Part shown: one piece after another, positions 1 to 11,274 of the stretch
Numbering within the stretch: position 1 is the stretch's first letter
Layout of the letters: each line of letters opens with the position of its first letter
Origin: Acidobacteriota bacterium
Lineage (GTDB): Bacteria > Acidobacteriota > UBA6911
Direction of reading: 5' to 3'
DNA length: 64,000 bases
Assembly (NCBI GenBank): GCA_963664705.1
Contig: OY761556.1
Location: 3,328,001 to 3,392,000 of the forward strand
Notes under the pieces: generated by a model
What the model saw: the letters and a program-made list of their open reading frames with translations, nothing else
The model's database searches: none
What the model was told of the DNA's origin: nothing
Made by a program: the position numbers and the translations under genes

Positions 1-294
1 GTTGATGACACCTCGAAATTGTGGGATATCATTACCGATCTCAAGAAGATCGGCGAAGCCAATGTCGAAGGGTCTAAATCCATCGTGTGCTGCGTGGGCG
101 ACAATCTCCGGAACATTCCGGGCGTACCGAACCTTGTCTTCGGCGCGCTGCAGGATGTGAAGGTTCAAATGATTTCGCAGGGCGCGTCCGCAATCAACAT
201 CACCTTCGTTATCGACCAGGATCAACTCCCGAACACGGTGCGCAACCTGCATGACGCATTTTTCCGGAAAGTCGATCCACACATTTTTGAGTAA
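1..294 (+). CDS. lysC: Aspartate kinase, C-terminal ACT domain (5'-truncated by window edge)
   Basis: ACT-domain pattern VCCVGDNL...VQMISQGASAINITFVI; directly upstream of dapB-dapA. Confidence 0.85.
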   Translation, partial: VDDTSKLWDIITDLKKIGEANVEGSKSIVCCVGDNLRNIPGVPNLVFGALQDVKVQMISQGASAINITFVIDQDQLPNTVRNLHDAFFRKVDPHIFE

Positions 295-325
295 GGAACG
301 GTCAGCCCGTTCGTCAGGAGGTCCC

Positions 326-1030
326 GTGAAGATCGCGCTGCTTGGATATGGAAAAATGGGCAGGCTTGTGGAATCCATCGCATTGCGCGAAGGGATGGAG
401 ATCGGCCCGAAGCTGGATATCAACGACAATCCTGAAGGTCGCGGCATCACCGCCGCTTCCATGGAAGGGGTGGACGTAGCTATCGAATTCAGTCAGCCGG
501 ATGCCGTCATCACCAACATCGAAGCTGCCGCACGTGCCGGCGTCCATATGGTAATCGGCACAACCGGCTGGATGGACCAGAAGAGCAAGGTGGAAAAGAT
601 TGTTCTCGACTCCGGCATTGGCCTGGTTTATGGCGCAAACTTTTCCATCGGCATGAATCTGTTCTTCGAAATAGTATCGAATTCGGCCCGCCTGATCGGG
701 ATGCTTCCGCAATATGATGCGTTTCTTTCGGAAGAACACCACAGGGCAAAAAAGGACGCTCCTTCCGGGACAGCACTCAACCTCCTGGATTTGATGCGGC
801 CGCACTTAAACAATCAGAACCTGAGCATCGCGTGTATTCGCGCCGGGGCAATCCCCGGCACCCACGTGATTGGTTTCGACAGCGAAGCGGACACAATTCT
901 CCTGGAACACCGGGCACGAAGCCGACAGGGGTTCGCCGAAGGAGCCGTTTTGGCCGCCCGCTGGATTGCCGGTCGAAAGGGCTGCTACGATTTCCGGCAG
1001 GTATTCCGGCAAATCGTCGGGATTCAATAG
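326..1030 (+). CDS. dapB: 4-hydroxy-tetrahydrodipicolinate reductase
   Basis: GYGKMG Rossmann motif, VIGTTG, NFSIG, EEHHRAKKDAPSGTA; GTG start after AGGAGG. Confidence 0.95.
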   Translation: MKIALLGYGKMGRLVESIALREGMEIGPKLDINDNPEGRGITAASMEGVDVAIEFSQPDAVITNIEAAARAGVHMVIGTTGWMDQKSKVEKIVLDSGIGLVYGANFSIGMNLFFEIVSNSARLIGMLPQYDAFLSEEHHRAKKDAPSGTALNLLDLMRPHLNNQNLSIACIRAGAIPGTHVIGFDSEADTILLEHRARSRQGFAEGAVLAARWIAGRKGCYDFRQVFRQIVGIQ

Positions 1031-1074
1031 TCTCAATTTCACACTTCGGTATCACGAATCTGCAAAGGGGTATT

Positions 1075-1989
1075 ATGGGCACTCTCGAAAAGCTTCAGGG
1101 CGTCGGCACTGCGTTGATCACACCATTTCTGTCGAACGGCAAAGTCGACGAAAAGACTTTGGAGTCCTTGGTCAACTGGCAGATTCAGGAGGGGATCCAC
1201 TTCCTCGTCCCGTGCGGAACGACAGGAGAGAGCCCGACGCTGAATCACGATGAGCACTTGAACGTCGTGGATATTACGGTTCGCACAGCAGCGGGCCGCG
1301 TCCCCATTATCGCGGGTGCAGGCGGCAACAACACCTCAAAAGTGGTTGCAATGATTGCAGAACTCAAGAAGCTCGGAGTGAACGGAATTCTCTCCGTCTC
1401 CCCGTATTACAACAAACCGACTCAAGAGGGGATTTACCAGCATTACCGTGTCCTTGCCGAATCCACGGACTTGCCCATCATCGTGTACAACGTCCCGGGA
1501 AGGACCGGATCCAATATCCTGCCCGATACCCTTCTCCGCCTGGCAGAGATTCCAAATATCGCTGGCGTCAAGGAAGCCAGCGGCGATATCTCTCAAATAG
1601 GTGAAATCTGCACGCGTGCCCCCAAAGGGTTCAAAATCTTTTCGGGCGACGATTCGCTTACGCTGCCGGTCATTGCGCTTGGCGGGCATGGAATCATCTC
1701 GGTGGCTTCCAATGAAACTCCCGGACTGATGTCAAAATTCGCAGCAGCGTGCCTGGATGGCAAATGGGACGAAGCGCGCACTCTTAATCGTACGCTTTAC
1801 CCGCTGATGAAGATAAATTTCGTCGAATCCAGCCCAATTCCCGTCAAGGCGGCGCTGGCAATGATGGGCAAGATCCAGGAAGTTTACCGACTGCCGCTGG
1901 TGAAAATTTCGGATGGGGCACGCGCCAAGGTTGCCTCCGTTATTTCCGCCCTTGGCCTGATTCCCAGCGACAAATGGACACAGGTATAA
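1075..1989 (+). CDS. dapA: 4-hydroxy-tetrahydrodipicolinate synthase
   Basis: GTTGES, YNVPGRTG, GVKEASG motifs. Confidence 0.97.
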   Translation: MGTLEKLQGVGTALITPFLSNGKVDEKTLESLVNWQIQEGIHFLVPCGTTGESPTLNHDEHLNVVDITVRTAAGRVPIIAGAGGNNTSKVVAMIAELKKLGVNGILSVSPYYNKPTQEGIYQHYRVLAESTDLPIIVYNVPGRTGSNILPDTLLRLAEIPNIAGVKEASGDISQIGEICTRAPKGFKIFSGDDSLTLPVIALGGHGIISVASNETPGLMSKFAAACLDGKWDEARTLNRTLYPLMKINFVESSPIPVKAALAMMGKIQEVYRLPLVKISDGARAKVASVISALGLIPSDKWTQV

Positions 1990-2063
1990 AAGGGCATCGT
2001 TATACAGTTTACATTCCGGGATTTTGATCCCTCGATCCTTCCCTTCTAGGAAATGGAGGACGC

Positions 2064-3335
2064 ATGGCTTTTCTATACCCCTTCAGAGGACTGCGCTATC
2101 GCCGAGAAGCGGTCGGCGATTTTAATAAAGTCGTCACCCAGCCTTACGACAAGACAACACTCGAAATGCAGGACGACTACTATCAGCGCTCACCTTACAA
2201 CGCGGTAAGAGTCACCCTGAATCGGGAGAAAAACCTGAACCCTGAGACTCCATACCCGGATGCGGGCAGAACATTCAATGACTGGATCGCCGATAAGGTG
2301 CTGACCCAGGATGCCCTTCCTTCCATGTATGCCTATTACCAGGAGTATGTCGTCGAGGGGCAGACCAGGATTCAGCGGGGACTGATTGCATTGCTTGACC
2401 TGGAAAAGGCCGGGTCGGGAATCATCCCGCATGAACACACGCTGGCCGCACCCAAACAGGATCGCCTCCGGCTCATGCGCAGCACCGAAGGGAATGAGGA
2501 TTTCATCTACATGCTGTACGCGGATGAAAAACTGAAAGTCAACCACATCCTGGAACAGGCCATTTCCGGCAGGCCTGCTGAAATCGAAGTAAAGGACGAA
2601 TACGATGCAATCCATCGGATCTGGGCGATAACCGATTCCAGCGCGCTGGCAGAGATTCAGGACGCTATGCAGTCCAGGAACCTTTTCATCGCGGATGGGC
2701 ATCACCGGTTCGAAACCTCCGTGAATTTCATGCGCGAATGCAGGGAGAAAGGCTGGAAACCTGCGGCGGTGGAGTCTTTCGACAAGCGGTTGGTGACCTG
2801 TTTCAATACATCGGACGGCGTCACAATCCTGCCGACGCACCGGCTCATTCGCGATCTGCCCGCCTTTGACACGACCGGCTTCCTCAACGGTATCGAGGAC
2901 CTCTTCGCGGTCGAACCGCTTCCTTCCGCATCCGCCCTGTGGGCCCAGATGAAAAAGGGGGAACAGGACAACGTGATCGGGCTTTATCCTGCCGATCAGA
3001 AAAAATTCTATATTCTGCGTCTTAAAAAACCGGCAGGATCCGAGCGTCAACTCGATGTCAGCGTTCTCCATTCCCTGCTTCTGGAACGCTCCCTTGGGAT
3101 CGATGCCGCGAAGCTTGCGTCCCAGGCTCATGTGGACTACGTCCGCGAACGCGAGGAGTGCATTAAAATGGTGGATGCGGGCGGTTACCAGGCTGCTTTC
3201 TTCCTGAATCCCACGACAGCAGAACAGATGCAGCAGATTGCGTCCTCGGGCCAGCGCATGCCGCAGAAATCCACGGACTTCTTCCCAAAACTCTTGACCG
3301 GCCTGGTCTTTATGAAGATGGCAATCGAAAAATAG
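2064..3335 (+). CDS. DUF1015 family protein
   Basis: TQPYD, IIPHEHT, IADGHHR, MPQKSTDFFPKLLTGL motifs; GGAGG RBS. Confidence 0.9.
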   Translation: MAFLYPFRGLRYRREAVGDFNKVVTQPYDKTTLEMQDDYYQRSPYNAVRVTLNREKNLNPETPYPDAGRTFNDWIADKVLTQDALPSMYAYYQEYVVEGQTRIQRGLIALLDLEKAGSGIIPHEHTLAAPKQDRLRLMRSTEGNEDFIYMLYADEKLKVNHILEQAISGRPAEIEVKDEYDAIHRIWAITDSSALAEIQDAMQSRNLFIADGHHRFETSVNFMRECREKGWKPAAVESFDKRLVTCFNTSDGVTILPTHRLIRDLPAFDTTGFLNGIEDLFAVEPLPSASALWAQMKKGEQDNVIGLYPADQKKFYILRLKKPAGSERQLDVSVLHSLLLERSLGIDAAKLASQAHVDYVREREECIKMVDAGGYQAAFFLNPTTAEQMQQIASSGQRMPQKSTDFFPKLLTGLVFMKMAIEK

Positions 3336-3342
3336 CAGGATC

Positions 3343-3386
3343 GTGGAATGAGCGGCAAAAAGCTGGAAAATTGCCGCTCATTCCAC
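3343..3386. terminator. Hairpin between convergent genes (probable bidirectional terminator)
   Basis: Perfect 16-bp inverted repeat GTGGAATGAGCGGCAA / TTGCCGCTCATTCCAC. Confidence 0.75.
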
Positions 3387-3391
3387 AGAGA

Positions 3392-4939
3392 TCAGACTTT
3401 CTCAGATATCACTTTGGCTTGAGTGAACAGCAGCAGGTAATCCCGGCCGCCCGCCTTTGAATCCGTCCCGCTCATATTGAATCCTCCGAACGGGTGCACG
3501 CCCACAAGCGCACCGGTGCATTTACGATTCACATACATGTTCCCGACGTGGCATTCGTCCTTGGCGCGCTGAATATGCATCCGGTCTTTCGAATATATCG
3601 CTCCGGTCAATCCATACTCACTGTCGTTGGCAATTCTGATCGCTTCATCCAAATCTTTTGCTTTTATCACCGCCAGTACAGGTCCGAAAATTTCCTCTTT
3701 CGCAATGCGTGCTTTGGGATCGACATCGGCGATAACCGTAGGCTGTATATAAAACCCATCACCCGGCGCCGGACCGCCTCCGGCAACCAGTCGTCCTTCC
3801 TGCTTCCCGATCTCGATGTATTGAAGGATGCCCTTCATCGCACTTTCGTTGATCACGGGCCCCAGGTGGCTCGAGGGGTCCATGGCCGGGCCCACCTGAA
3901 GCAGCTGAACTCTGTCTGCAAGCTTCCGGACAAAATCTGCGTATATTTTTTCGTGCACGATCAGTCGCGAACAGGCAGAACACTTTTGTCCCTGAAAACC
4001 GAATGCGCTGGCAACAACGCCGGTCAAAGCCGCTTCCTGATCGGCATCTTCGTCAACAATAATAAAATCTTTGCCGCCCATCTCGGCTATGACGCGTTTG
4101 ATCCAGATTTGCCCGGGCCTCGGCCGGGCTGCCTCCTGGTTGATATGCAATCCGACTTCTTTCGATCCGGTAAAAGCAACAAACCGAACCTTCGGATGCT
4201 CCACCAGCGTGTTCCCGACCGTGGTTCCACTCCCTGAGACAAAATTGACAACTCCCGGAGGCAGGCCTGCCTCCGGGAGGATATGCATGAAGAATGCGGC
4301 AATGGCTGGCGAATCGGAAGAGGGCTTCAGCACCACCGTATTGCCCGCTACCAACGCCGCGGCAGTCATCCCAACCATGATGGCGCAGGGAAAGTTCCAT
4401 GGCGGAATCACCGCACCGACGCCCAGCGGGATATAGCAAAGCTGGTTATTCTCTCCCTGGTATTTGGTGATGGGTTGGACTTCGTCGTACCGCAGCGCTT
4501 CCCGACCGTAGAATTCGCAGAAATCAATGGCTTCCGCGGTATCCGCGTCCGCCTCAATCCATGTCTTCCCAGCCTCCACAATCATCCACGCATTGCATTC
4601 GAAACGCCTGTCGCGCAAAATCGCGGCGGCCCGGAACAAAACGTCTGCCCTTTCACCGGCCGGGACTCGCTTCCACCGTTCAAATGCCTGCAAGGCCACG
4701 TCGACCGCATGCATTGTCTGATCAACCGTAGCACTTTGAAAGATACCGACTACTTCGTTTTTTTTGCTCGGATTAATAGACCGGAAGGTCTTCCCTGATT
4801 TCAGTCGTTCACCGCCGATCATCAAATCATATTCACGTCCCAATCGGGACTGAATGAGCGCTAAAGCATCCGCCTGATTCCTTCGATTCCCTTCCTGGCT
4901 GAAGTCCAACACCGGTTCATTCTTGAATTCGGCTAGCAT
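3392..4939 (-). CDS. rocA: L-glutamate gamma-semialdehyde (P5C) dehydrogenase
   Basis: EFKNEP start, PWNFP, FTGS, EMGGKD, FQGQKCSACS, EEIFGP, GGRDYL motifs. Confidence 0.93.
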   Translation of the reverse strand: MLAEFKNEPVLDFSQEGNRRNQADALALIQSRLGREYDLMIGGERLKSGKTFRSINPSKKNEVVGIFQSATVDQTMHAVDVALQAFERWKRVPAGERADVLFRAAAILRDRRFECNAWMIVEAGKTWIEADADTAEAIDFCEFYGREALRYDEVQPITKYQGENNQLCYIPLGVGAVIPPWNFPCAIMVGMTAAALVAGNTVVLKPSSDSPAIAAFFMHILPEAGLPPGVVNFVSGSGTTVGNTLVEHPKVRFVAFTGSKEVGLHINQEAARPRPGQIWIKRVIAEMGGKDFIIVDEDADQEAALTGVVASAFGFQGQKCSACSRLIVHEKIYADFVRKLADRVQLLQVGPAMDPSSHLGPVINESAMKGILQYIEIGKQEGRLVAGGGPAPGDGFYIQPTVIADVDPKARIAKEEIFGPVLAVIKAKDLDEAIRIANDSEYGLTGAIYSKDRMHIQRAKDECHVGNMYVNRKCTGALVGVHPFGGFNMSGTDSKAGGRDYLLLFTQAKVISEKV

Positions 4940-5087
4940 GCTTCCTCCCGTTTGTCGCATTGTATCAGGAAATCGGAAATGCATCCAAATGAGGCCATAA
5001 ACCCGGACGCTTGCTTGACGCCATAATAGCCATTCCGTATATTGGGATCATCTCGGTTACGGGTATCCCCTGGTCTGGAGTTGCTGA

Positions 5088-5993
5088 ATGAAAGCTTGTC
5101 CCGCGGCAGAATCCGCATCACCGTCCCGTATCTTCCGGGACAGGACTTTCGATCTTATCGAGCTGACCAAACCGAAACTCACCCTGCTGGTTCTCTTCAC
5201 CACTTTTGTCGGGTTTTGGACCGGATCCGATGGTTCCATCGCGGTTGCGTTGTTATTCCATACGCTGATCGGCACAGCTCTGATGTCGGGAGGGGCCAGC
5301 GCATTCAATATGTATACTGAGCAGCACACCGATGCTCTGATGGATCGCACTGCGCTGCGGCCCATCGTTTCCGGACGACTCCGGTCGGGGCATGCCCTCC
5401 TTTTCGCATTTCTTATCTCTCTCAGCGGGCTCATCTATCTTTTTATGCTGGTGAACCACCTCACCAGTCTTCTCTCAGCCATCATATTCGCCTGCTATCT
5501 TTTCCTGTACACGCCATTGAAAGCCAAAACCTGGCTGTGCACGCTTGTGGGAGCCATCCCTGGCGCTCTGCCGATTGTCATGGGATGGGCGGCAGCAACC
5601 GGATCAATGTCATCCGGGGCCTGGGTTCTCTTTGCCATTGTGTTCTGCTGGCAGATGCCTCATTTCTACGCAATCGGATGGATGTACCGCGATGACTACC
5701 GGAAAGCCGGCTTGCCGGTTCTATCGGTTGTAGACATGAGCGGGAAGAGAACCGGAAGGCAGGCCGTCGCATTTATCATCGCACTGATGATTATTTCTCT
5801 CTTCCTGTGGCCAATGGGAATGGCAGGCAGCATATATCCGGCAGGCGCGATTGCGTTGGGGCTTTTGTTCCTGCTGTCTGGAATTCACTTCGCCCGCACG
5901 CGCAGCCTGTCTTCGGCGCGCCGGTTGTTTCTGGTATCGGCCTTATACCTCCCGGCTCTACTTATTTTGCTTGTTCTTGACAGGCTGGATTGA
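5088..5993 (+). CDS. ctaB: Protoheme IX farnesyltransferase (heme o synthase)
   Basis: [42 protein letters not shown] motifs; multi-TM; start uncertain. Confidence 0.93.
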   Translation: MKACPAAESASPSRIFRDRTFDLIELTKPKLTLLVLFTTFVGFWTGSDGSIAVALLFHTLIGTALMSGGASAFNMYTEQHTDALMDRTALRPIVSGRLRSGHALLFAFLISLSGLIYLFMLVNHLTSLLSAIIFACYLFLYTPLKAKTWLCTLVGAIPGALPIVMGWAAATGSMSSGAWVLFAIVFCWQMPHFYAIGWMYRDDYRKAGLPVLSVVDMSGKRTGRQAVAFIIALMIISLFLWPMGMAGSIYPAGAIALGLLFLLSGIHFARTRSLSSARRLFLVSALYLPALLILLVLDRLD

Positions 5994-6057
5994 TCGCACT
6001 GAGAAGTTTGCGGCGTTTGAAGCACCGCAAACTTCTCATAAGGTTGGGCGCCGCCAT

Positions 6058-8406
6058 TCAGGCTATGCGCTTCGATTCGGTGAGAGGAAAGAGTTCGCTG
6101 ATGACCTCCGCGACACTCTCGACAAGAACGAACTGCATTTCGTTTCGCACATGTTCCGGCAGATCCGAAAGACTTTTCTCGTTTTCTCTCGGAAGAATGA
6201 CCCGTTGGAGTCCCGCCCGTCTGGCCGCCAGCACTTTCTCTTTGATGCCCCCTACCGGCAGCACAAGTCCGGCCAGAGTAATTTCACCCGTCATGGCGGT
6301 ATCCCGGCGAACAGGGACCTTGGTATAAACCGACAGAAGCGCGGCCATAATAGTGATTCCGGCCGATGGTCCATCCTTGGGCACGGCTCCGGCGGGCACA
6401 TGGATATGGACCCCGGACGTTTGCAGTTGCCGAGCATCGATTCCAATCTCGTCGGCATGAGACCAGATATAGCTCCGGGCCGCGTGAGCCGATTCACGCA
6501 TCACATCTCCAAGGTGCCCGGTCAAAATCAGATCGCGCCCCTTGGGCAGCAACGCTGCTTCCACGTACAAAACATCTCCGCCGGTTTCAGTCCATGCCAG
6601 GCCTGTCGCAACACCCGGCGGCAACTGCTTTCTTCCCTGCTCAAACACGCTCTGCTCACTCCCGAGCAAATCGTTCAGCATCGATGGCAGTACCGTCACC
6701 GGCTCAGTCTTTCCTTCCGCAAACCGCAGCGCCACCTTGCGCATGAGTCGTCCTACAGACCGTTCCAGTTGCCGCACACCGGCTTCCCGCGTATAGCGCG
6801 TAATGATCCGTTTCAGCGTATCATCAGGAATTGCACAGTCTTCCGCCTTTAATCCGGTTTGAGCCACCTGTCTGGGGATAAGATATCGCTTTGCAATCTC
6901 GATCTTCTCTTCTTCACTGTACCCAGGCAGTCGTATGATTTCCATCCGGTCCAGCAGCGGCTCCGGAATGGTCTCGAGCGCATTGGCCGTGGTAATGAAC
7001 AGGACGTTGGAGAGGTCAAACGGCAGATCGAGATAATTATCCCGGAACGTGTGATTCTGCTCCGGATCGAGAATCTCCAGAAGCGCCGCCGCAGGGTCCC
7101 CGCGGAAATCGCGACCAAGCTTATCCACCTCATCCAGCATCAGGACCGGATTATTGGTGCCGGCCCGCCTCAAAGCGCGAATGATCACGCCGGGCATTGC
7201 GCCGATATAGGTGCGTCGATGACCCCGCAGCTCTGCCTCATCGTGCATTCCACCCAGGCTCATGCGCTCAAACGGACGGCCCATGGCGCGGGCGATTGAT
7301 TTGCCCAACGAGGTTTTGCCCACGCCGGGAGGTCCCACAAAGCAGAGAATTGGAGACTTTGCTTTAGGGTTGAGCTTCAATACTCCGAGTTGCTCGAGGA
7401 TCCGCTCCTTCACATCTTTGAGGTCGAAATGATCTTCATCCAGAATCTGGCGCGTTCCGGCTATATTCAGAGTATCTTCCGATTTCTTCTTCCAGGGCAG
7501 CTCAAGTACCAGTTCGAGGTAGGATTGCAGGACGTTCCTGTCTGGAGACGCGGAGGGTATTCTCTCCATCCGGTCCAGTTCCCTCTCCGCCTCTTTACGA
7601 ACAAGATCAGGAAGATCCGCGTTCTTCAGGCGTTCGCGGAGTCCTTCCACATCCGTTTTGTCTGAGCTCTTTTCCCCGAGTTCCTGCTGGATAGCCCGCA
7701 GCTGCTGCCGCAGAAGGTATTCCCGCTGTTCCTTTCCCATCTCCGTCTGCGCATCGCTGGCGATCTTGGACCGCAGTTCCATAACCTGCACTTCGTAATT
7801 GAGGTGGACGTGCATCAGGCGCAGAGCGTCCTGGACCGTTATAGCCTCCAGCAGTGCCTGCTCCTTGGCAACCTGAAGCCCTATCAGCGAAGCCAGCAGG
7901 TAGACAAGGTTCAACGGCTCTTCCACGCTCTCGACAACCTGTCCGAGTTGCTGGGCAGTCTGCGGCGTCGAAAGCGAAATCATCCGGTTGGCCATTTCCA
8001 AAATAGACCGCTGCAGCGCTTCGACTTCAGGACCTTTATCCTCGGGAAGCGGGAGAGAACGGACTCTTGCTTTCAGAAAGGGCTGCGACTGCTCGAGTTT
8101 GATCAGCACCACACGCTCAATTCCCTGAACCAGGACCTCCATATGATCAGACCGCGTTTTGGCAATCTTCTTGATGGCGGCCCGGCACCCGACCGTATAC
8201 AACTCCTCCTGGCCGGGCTTTTCCGTCGATGCATCCTTTTGCGTAAAAATCAGTATTTCATTATCTTCCGACCGTAGGGATTCCTCCGCAGCGGCAATCG
8301 ATATGCCCCTGCCAACAGAAAGAGGCATAAACAGTTGTGGGAACAGAACACTGTTCTTGATAGGCAATAGCGGAAGACTTCTCAGTTTTTCATGCTGCTC
8401 ATTCAT
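6058..8406 (-). CDS. lon: ATP-dependent protease La
   Basis: LON N-domain, GPPGVGKTS Walker [18 protein letters not shown] catalytic Ser, GGIKEK Lys. Confidence 0.97.
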   Translation of the reverse strand: MNEQHEKLRSLPLLPIKNSVLFPQLFMPLSVGRGISIAAAEESLRSEDNEILIFTQKDASTEKPGQEELYTVGCRAAIKKIAKTRSDHMEVLVQGIERVVLIKLEQSQPFLKARVRSLPLPEDKGPEVEALQRSILEMANRMISLSTPQTAQQLGQVVESVEEPLNLVYLLASLIGLQVAKEQALLEAITVQDALRLMHVHLNYEVQVMELRSKIASDAQTEMGKEQREYLLRQQLRAIQQELGEKSSDKTDVEGLRERLKNADLPDLVRKEAERELDRMERIPSASPDRNVLQSYLELVLELPWKKKSEDTLNIAGTRQILDEDHFDLKDVKERILEQLGVLKLNPKAKSPILCFVGPPGVGKTSLGKSIARAMGRPFERMSLGGMHDEAELRGHRRTYIGAMPGVIIRALRRAGTNNPVLMLDEVDKLGRDFRGDPAAALLEILDPEQNHTFRDNYLDLPFDLSNVLFITTANALETIPEPLLDRMEIIRLPGYSEEEKIEIAKRYLIPRQVAQTGLKAEDCAIPDDTLKRIITRYTREAGVRQLERSVGRLMRKVALRFAEGKTEPVTVLPSMLNDLLGSEQSVFEQGRKQLPPGVATGLAWTETGGDVLYVEAALLPKGRDLILTGHLGDVMRESAHAARSYIWSHADEIGIDARQLQTSGVHIHVPAGAVPKDGPSAGITIMAALLSVYTKVPVRRDTAMTGEITLAGLVLPVGGIKEKVLAARRAGLQRVILPRENEKSLSDLPEHVRNEMQFVLVESVAEVISELFPLTESKRIA

Positions 8407-8713
8407 ATCAAATCCGTGACACCTTCCGAAGGCTCCAGCTCCGGGCGTAAAGTGTGGTTTGCAAACCCTTAACGCTCAATTCCGGAGCCTTTCCAACCTT
8501 CTATAAGCCTGACCGGCCGGATCAAGCATCCACTGTTTATGTAGAATCCGGGCAGGTCAATGTCAATTTGGAGGCGGCCGGCGATAGCAAAGCGGATTTT
8601 CTTTCAACGCATTGGAGAAATCTTTAAAAGCCGCGGGAAACCGAATCAATTGATGATCGAAGGGTCACCTGATATTCTAAGTGACGTTCACATACCTTCA
8701 AGGAGACGGACAG

Positions 8714-9223
8714 ATGACTCTTAAGAAAGTTCTAGCATTTGCGGTTTGTGTACTTTTTGCCCTGTCGTGCTTCGCCCAGGGAACCAGAGGCAAGGCCGAA
8801 CTGAAGGCAGGAGCCGGCCTCATTACTGTAGACTACGGTCGCCCGTCGCTGAAAGGACGCGACATGCTCGCCCAGCTCCCGGTTGGTCAATCCTGGAGAA
8901 TGGGTATGAACCAAGCCACCATTTTATCCACTCCGGTTGATTTGACATTCGGCTCAGTAAAACTCCCCAAAGGAAATTACAGCCTGTTCCTCAAAAAAGT
9001 TGATGCCGACAAATATGAAATAACCTTCAATTCTCAAACCGGGCAGTGGGGCACACAGCACGATGCAACCAAAGATGTGGCCCAGGCTCCCATGAAAAAG
9101 GAAGCGGTCGGCAGCCCGGTAGAAATGTTTACGCTCGATTTGAAGGGAACGCCCAAGGGCGGAACCATTATTATGAGCTGGGGTACCACTCAGCTGTCTG
9201 CCGATTTTCAGTTCGCTCAATAA
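8714..9223 (+). CDS. DUF2911 family secreted protein
   Basis: Signal peptide; VDYGRPSLKGR, WRMGMNQAT, GQWGT motifs; AGGAGA RBS. Confidence 0.85.
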   Translation: MTLKKVLAFAVCVLFALSCFAQGTRGKAELKAGAGLITVDYGRPSLKGRDMLAQLPVGQSWRMGMNQATILSTPVDLTFGSVKLPKGNYSLFLKKVDADKYEITFNSQTGQWGTQHDATKDVAQAPMKKEAVGSPVEMFTLDLKGTPKGGTIIMSWGTTQLSADFQFAQ

Positions 9224-9535
9224 TACCGAATTCCGATTATTAAGCCTTCGAAGCCCATTGAAGGCTCCGCGAAAAGCAACTCAGGATGTATACAATTTGT
9301 GAAGTCTGCGGCCGCTTGATACATTTTTGCCGCAGATTTCGCAAATTGCGAAATCTGCAATGAGTGTTTATTCGCGCCCCGGCTCAATAGGCCACCCGCG
9401 GCAAGCGAAAAAAATCGCTTGCCGATCCGCAAGACGGATAACGGAAAACCGCACAAAACGGCACACTGCCGCAGCTCGTTCGTGCGGCGAACTCCCCGGC
9501 TGCTTCCGTAAATGCTCCTTCCAAATACACGCCTG

Positions 9536-9564
9536 TTGACTCGCCTGAAGCAGGCTGTTAGATT
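9536..9564 (+). promoter_or_regulatory. Sigma70-type promoter of gcvT-gcvH
   Basis: TTGACT-N17-TAGATT just upstream of the gcvT start. Confidence 0.6.
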
Positions 9565-9597
9565 CTAAGAGCGCCCTTAAATAGGAAGCAATTTCAT

Positions 9598-10701
9598 ATG
9601 AATTCGATACCTAAAAAGACGCCGCTGAATTCGATTCATCGTCAATTAGGGGCTCGAATGGTGGATTTTGCCGGCTGGGACATGCCGGTCCAATATGCGG
9701 GCCCTTTGCCTGAACACCTGGCCGTCAGAACACGCGCCGGTATCTTTGATGTAAGCCACATGGGCGAACTGGAAGTGCAGGGGCCGAGCGCTCACGACAC
9801 GCTCCAGAAACTAACCTGCAATGACCTGAATCGCCTTGCCGTTTCTCAGTGCCAATACTCCGCTTTGACCACACCCAAGGGCGCCTTCGTCGACGATTTA
9901 CTGATTTACCGGATGGCGCCGGACCATTTTTTCCTTTGTGTGAATGCATCGAACCAGGAAAAGGACTTTGCCTGGATCCGCGATCATGCGTTGCCCAATA
10001 CAGAGGTTCGCTTTCGCAGCGATGAATTCACGCAGCTGGCCATTCAGGGCCCCAAAGCCCGGGAAATCCTGCAACCGCTGACTCCAATCCCCCTCTCCGC
10101 AATGAAGTATTACTGGTTCGCGCGTGGCATTTTTGCCGACGTGGAGGCCATCGTCTCCCGCACCGGGTACACGGGGGAAGATGGATTTGAGGTTTATTGT
10201 GCTCCCGACGCCGCGGAGCGCGTCTGGACCAGGATTATGGAATCCGGAAAACCGGCGGGACTGGAACCCGTAGGGTTGGCGGCGCGTAATACGCTGCGAC
10301 TCGAGGCGAAGCTGTTGTTGTACGGCAACGATATGGATGAAACAACCTCCATTCTTGAGGCCGATCTGGGATGGATATGCAAACTCGATAAAGGCGATTT
10401 CATCGGCCGGGATGAACTTTTGCGGCAACAACAGTCCGGACTCAAGCGAATTCTGGTCGGCTTTGAAATGATTGAACGGGGCATTGCCCGAGACCACTAC
10501 CCTGTGGAAATCGACGGGCTCCGCATTGGAAGCGTTGCCAGCGGAAGCCCTGCTCCTTTTCTTAAGAAAAACATTGGTCTGGTTTATCTCCCCATCGACC
10601 GGAAGGCCGTGGGAACCGAATTTGACGTCGTGATTCGTGAGAAGCCTGCGAAGGCACACGTTGTCCCAACCCCGTTCTACAGGAAGCCACCGCTAAAGTG
10701 A
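9598..10701 (+). CDS. gcvT: Glycine cleavage system aminomethyltransferase T
   Basis: [38 protein letters not shown] motifs. Confidence 0.97.
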   Translation: MNSIPKKTPLNSIHRQLGARMVDFAGWDMPVQYAGPLPEHLAVRTRAGIFDVSHMGELEVQGPSAHDTLQKLTCNDLNRLAVSQCQYSALTTPKGAFVDDLLIYRMAPDHFFLCVNASNQEKDFAWIRDHALPNTEVRFRSDEFTQLAIQGPKAREILQPLTPIPLSAMKYYWFARGIFADVEAIVSRTGYTGEDGFEVYCAPDAAERVWTRIMESGKPAGLEPVGLAARNTLRLEAKLLLYGNDMDETTSILEADLGWICKLDKGDFIGRDELLRQQQSGLKRILVGFEMIERGIARDHYPVEIDGLRIGSVASGSPAPFLKKNIGLVYLPIDRKAVGTEFDVVIREKPAKAHVVPTPFYRKPPLK

Positions 10702-10736
10702 GCCCTGCGGAACCAGTCACTGCGAAGGAGCTTCGT

Positions 10737-11123
10737 ATGTATCCCGAGGATTATCTATATAGCAAAGATCACGAATGGATTTCAGTTCAGGACAATGTCG
10801 GGACAATCGGAATAACGGATTACGCCCAACATGAACTAGGAGATGTTGTTTATGTTGACCTTCCGGAAGTTGGTGACACTTTTGAATCCGGCGAACCCTT
10901 TGGTTCAGTGGAATCGGTCAAGGCAGTATCCGAAGTATTCTGCCCTGTAGCGGGCGAGGTTATCGAGGTCAACGCGAAGCTGGAGGAAAGCCCCGAACTG
11001 CTCAACCAGTCCCCACATCAACAGGCCTGGATGGTCAGGATACGACTTGCTCACTCTGAAGAGCTCAAATCGCTGCTTAGTTCCGAGGAATATGAGGAAT
11101 ACCTCCAGGAACAAGCCGGCTGA
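10737..11123 (+). CDS. gcvH: Glycine cleavage system H protein
   Basis: YSKDHEW, GITDYAQ, ESVKA lipoyl-lysine motif; AAGGAG RBS. Confidence 0.97.
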   Translation: MYPEDYLYSKDHEWISVQDNVGTIGITDYAQHELGDVVYVDLPEVGDTFESGEPFGSVESVKAVSEVFCPVAGEVIEVNAKLEESPELLNQSPHQQAWMVRIRLAHSEELKSLLSSEEYEEYLQEQAG

Positions 11124-11143
11124 TCCGCATCGGCTTTCCGACT

Positions 11144-11192
11144 AAAAAGGACGCGGCCCTGATTTCTTAACAGGGCCACGTCCTTTTTTTTG
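11144..11192 (+). terminator. Intrinsic terminator after gcvH
   Basis: AAAAAGGACGCGGCCCTG...CAGGGCCACGTCCTTTTTTTT. Confidence 0.85.
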
Positions 11193-11274
11193 CTTGCAAA
11201 AAATATTGAAAGATTGACTGCAGGCAGGTCCGGATCCAAAATACGTCCATCGGACAAGCTAGTGTGGGAGCCGC

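Noticed and set aside
5851-6852. 333-aa plus-strand ORF
   Set aside because: Antisense shadow of lon with no recognisable motifs
9224-9597. Glycine riboswitch upstream of gcvT
   Set aside because: The GGAGA...CCGAAG...CTCTCAGG aptamer signature was not found, and the predicted promoter leaves only a very short leader
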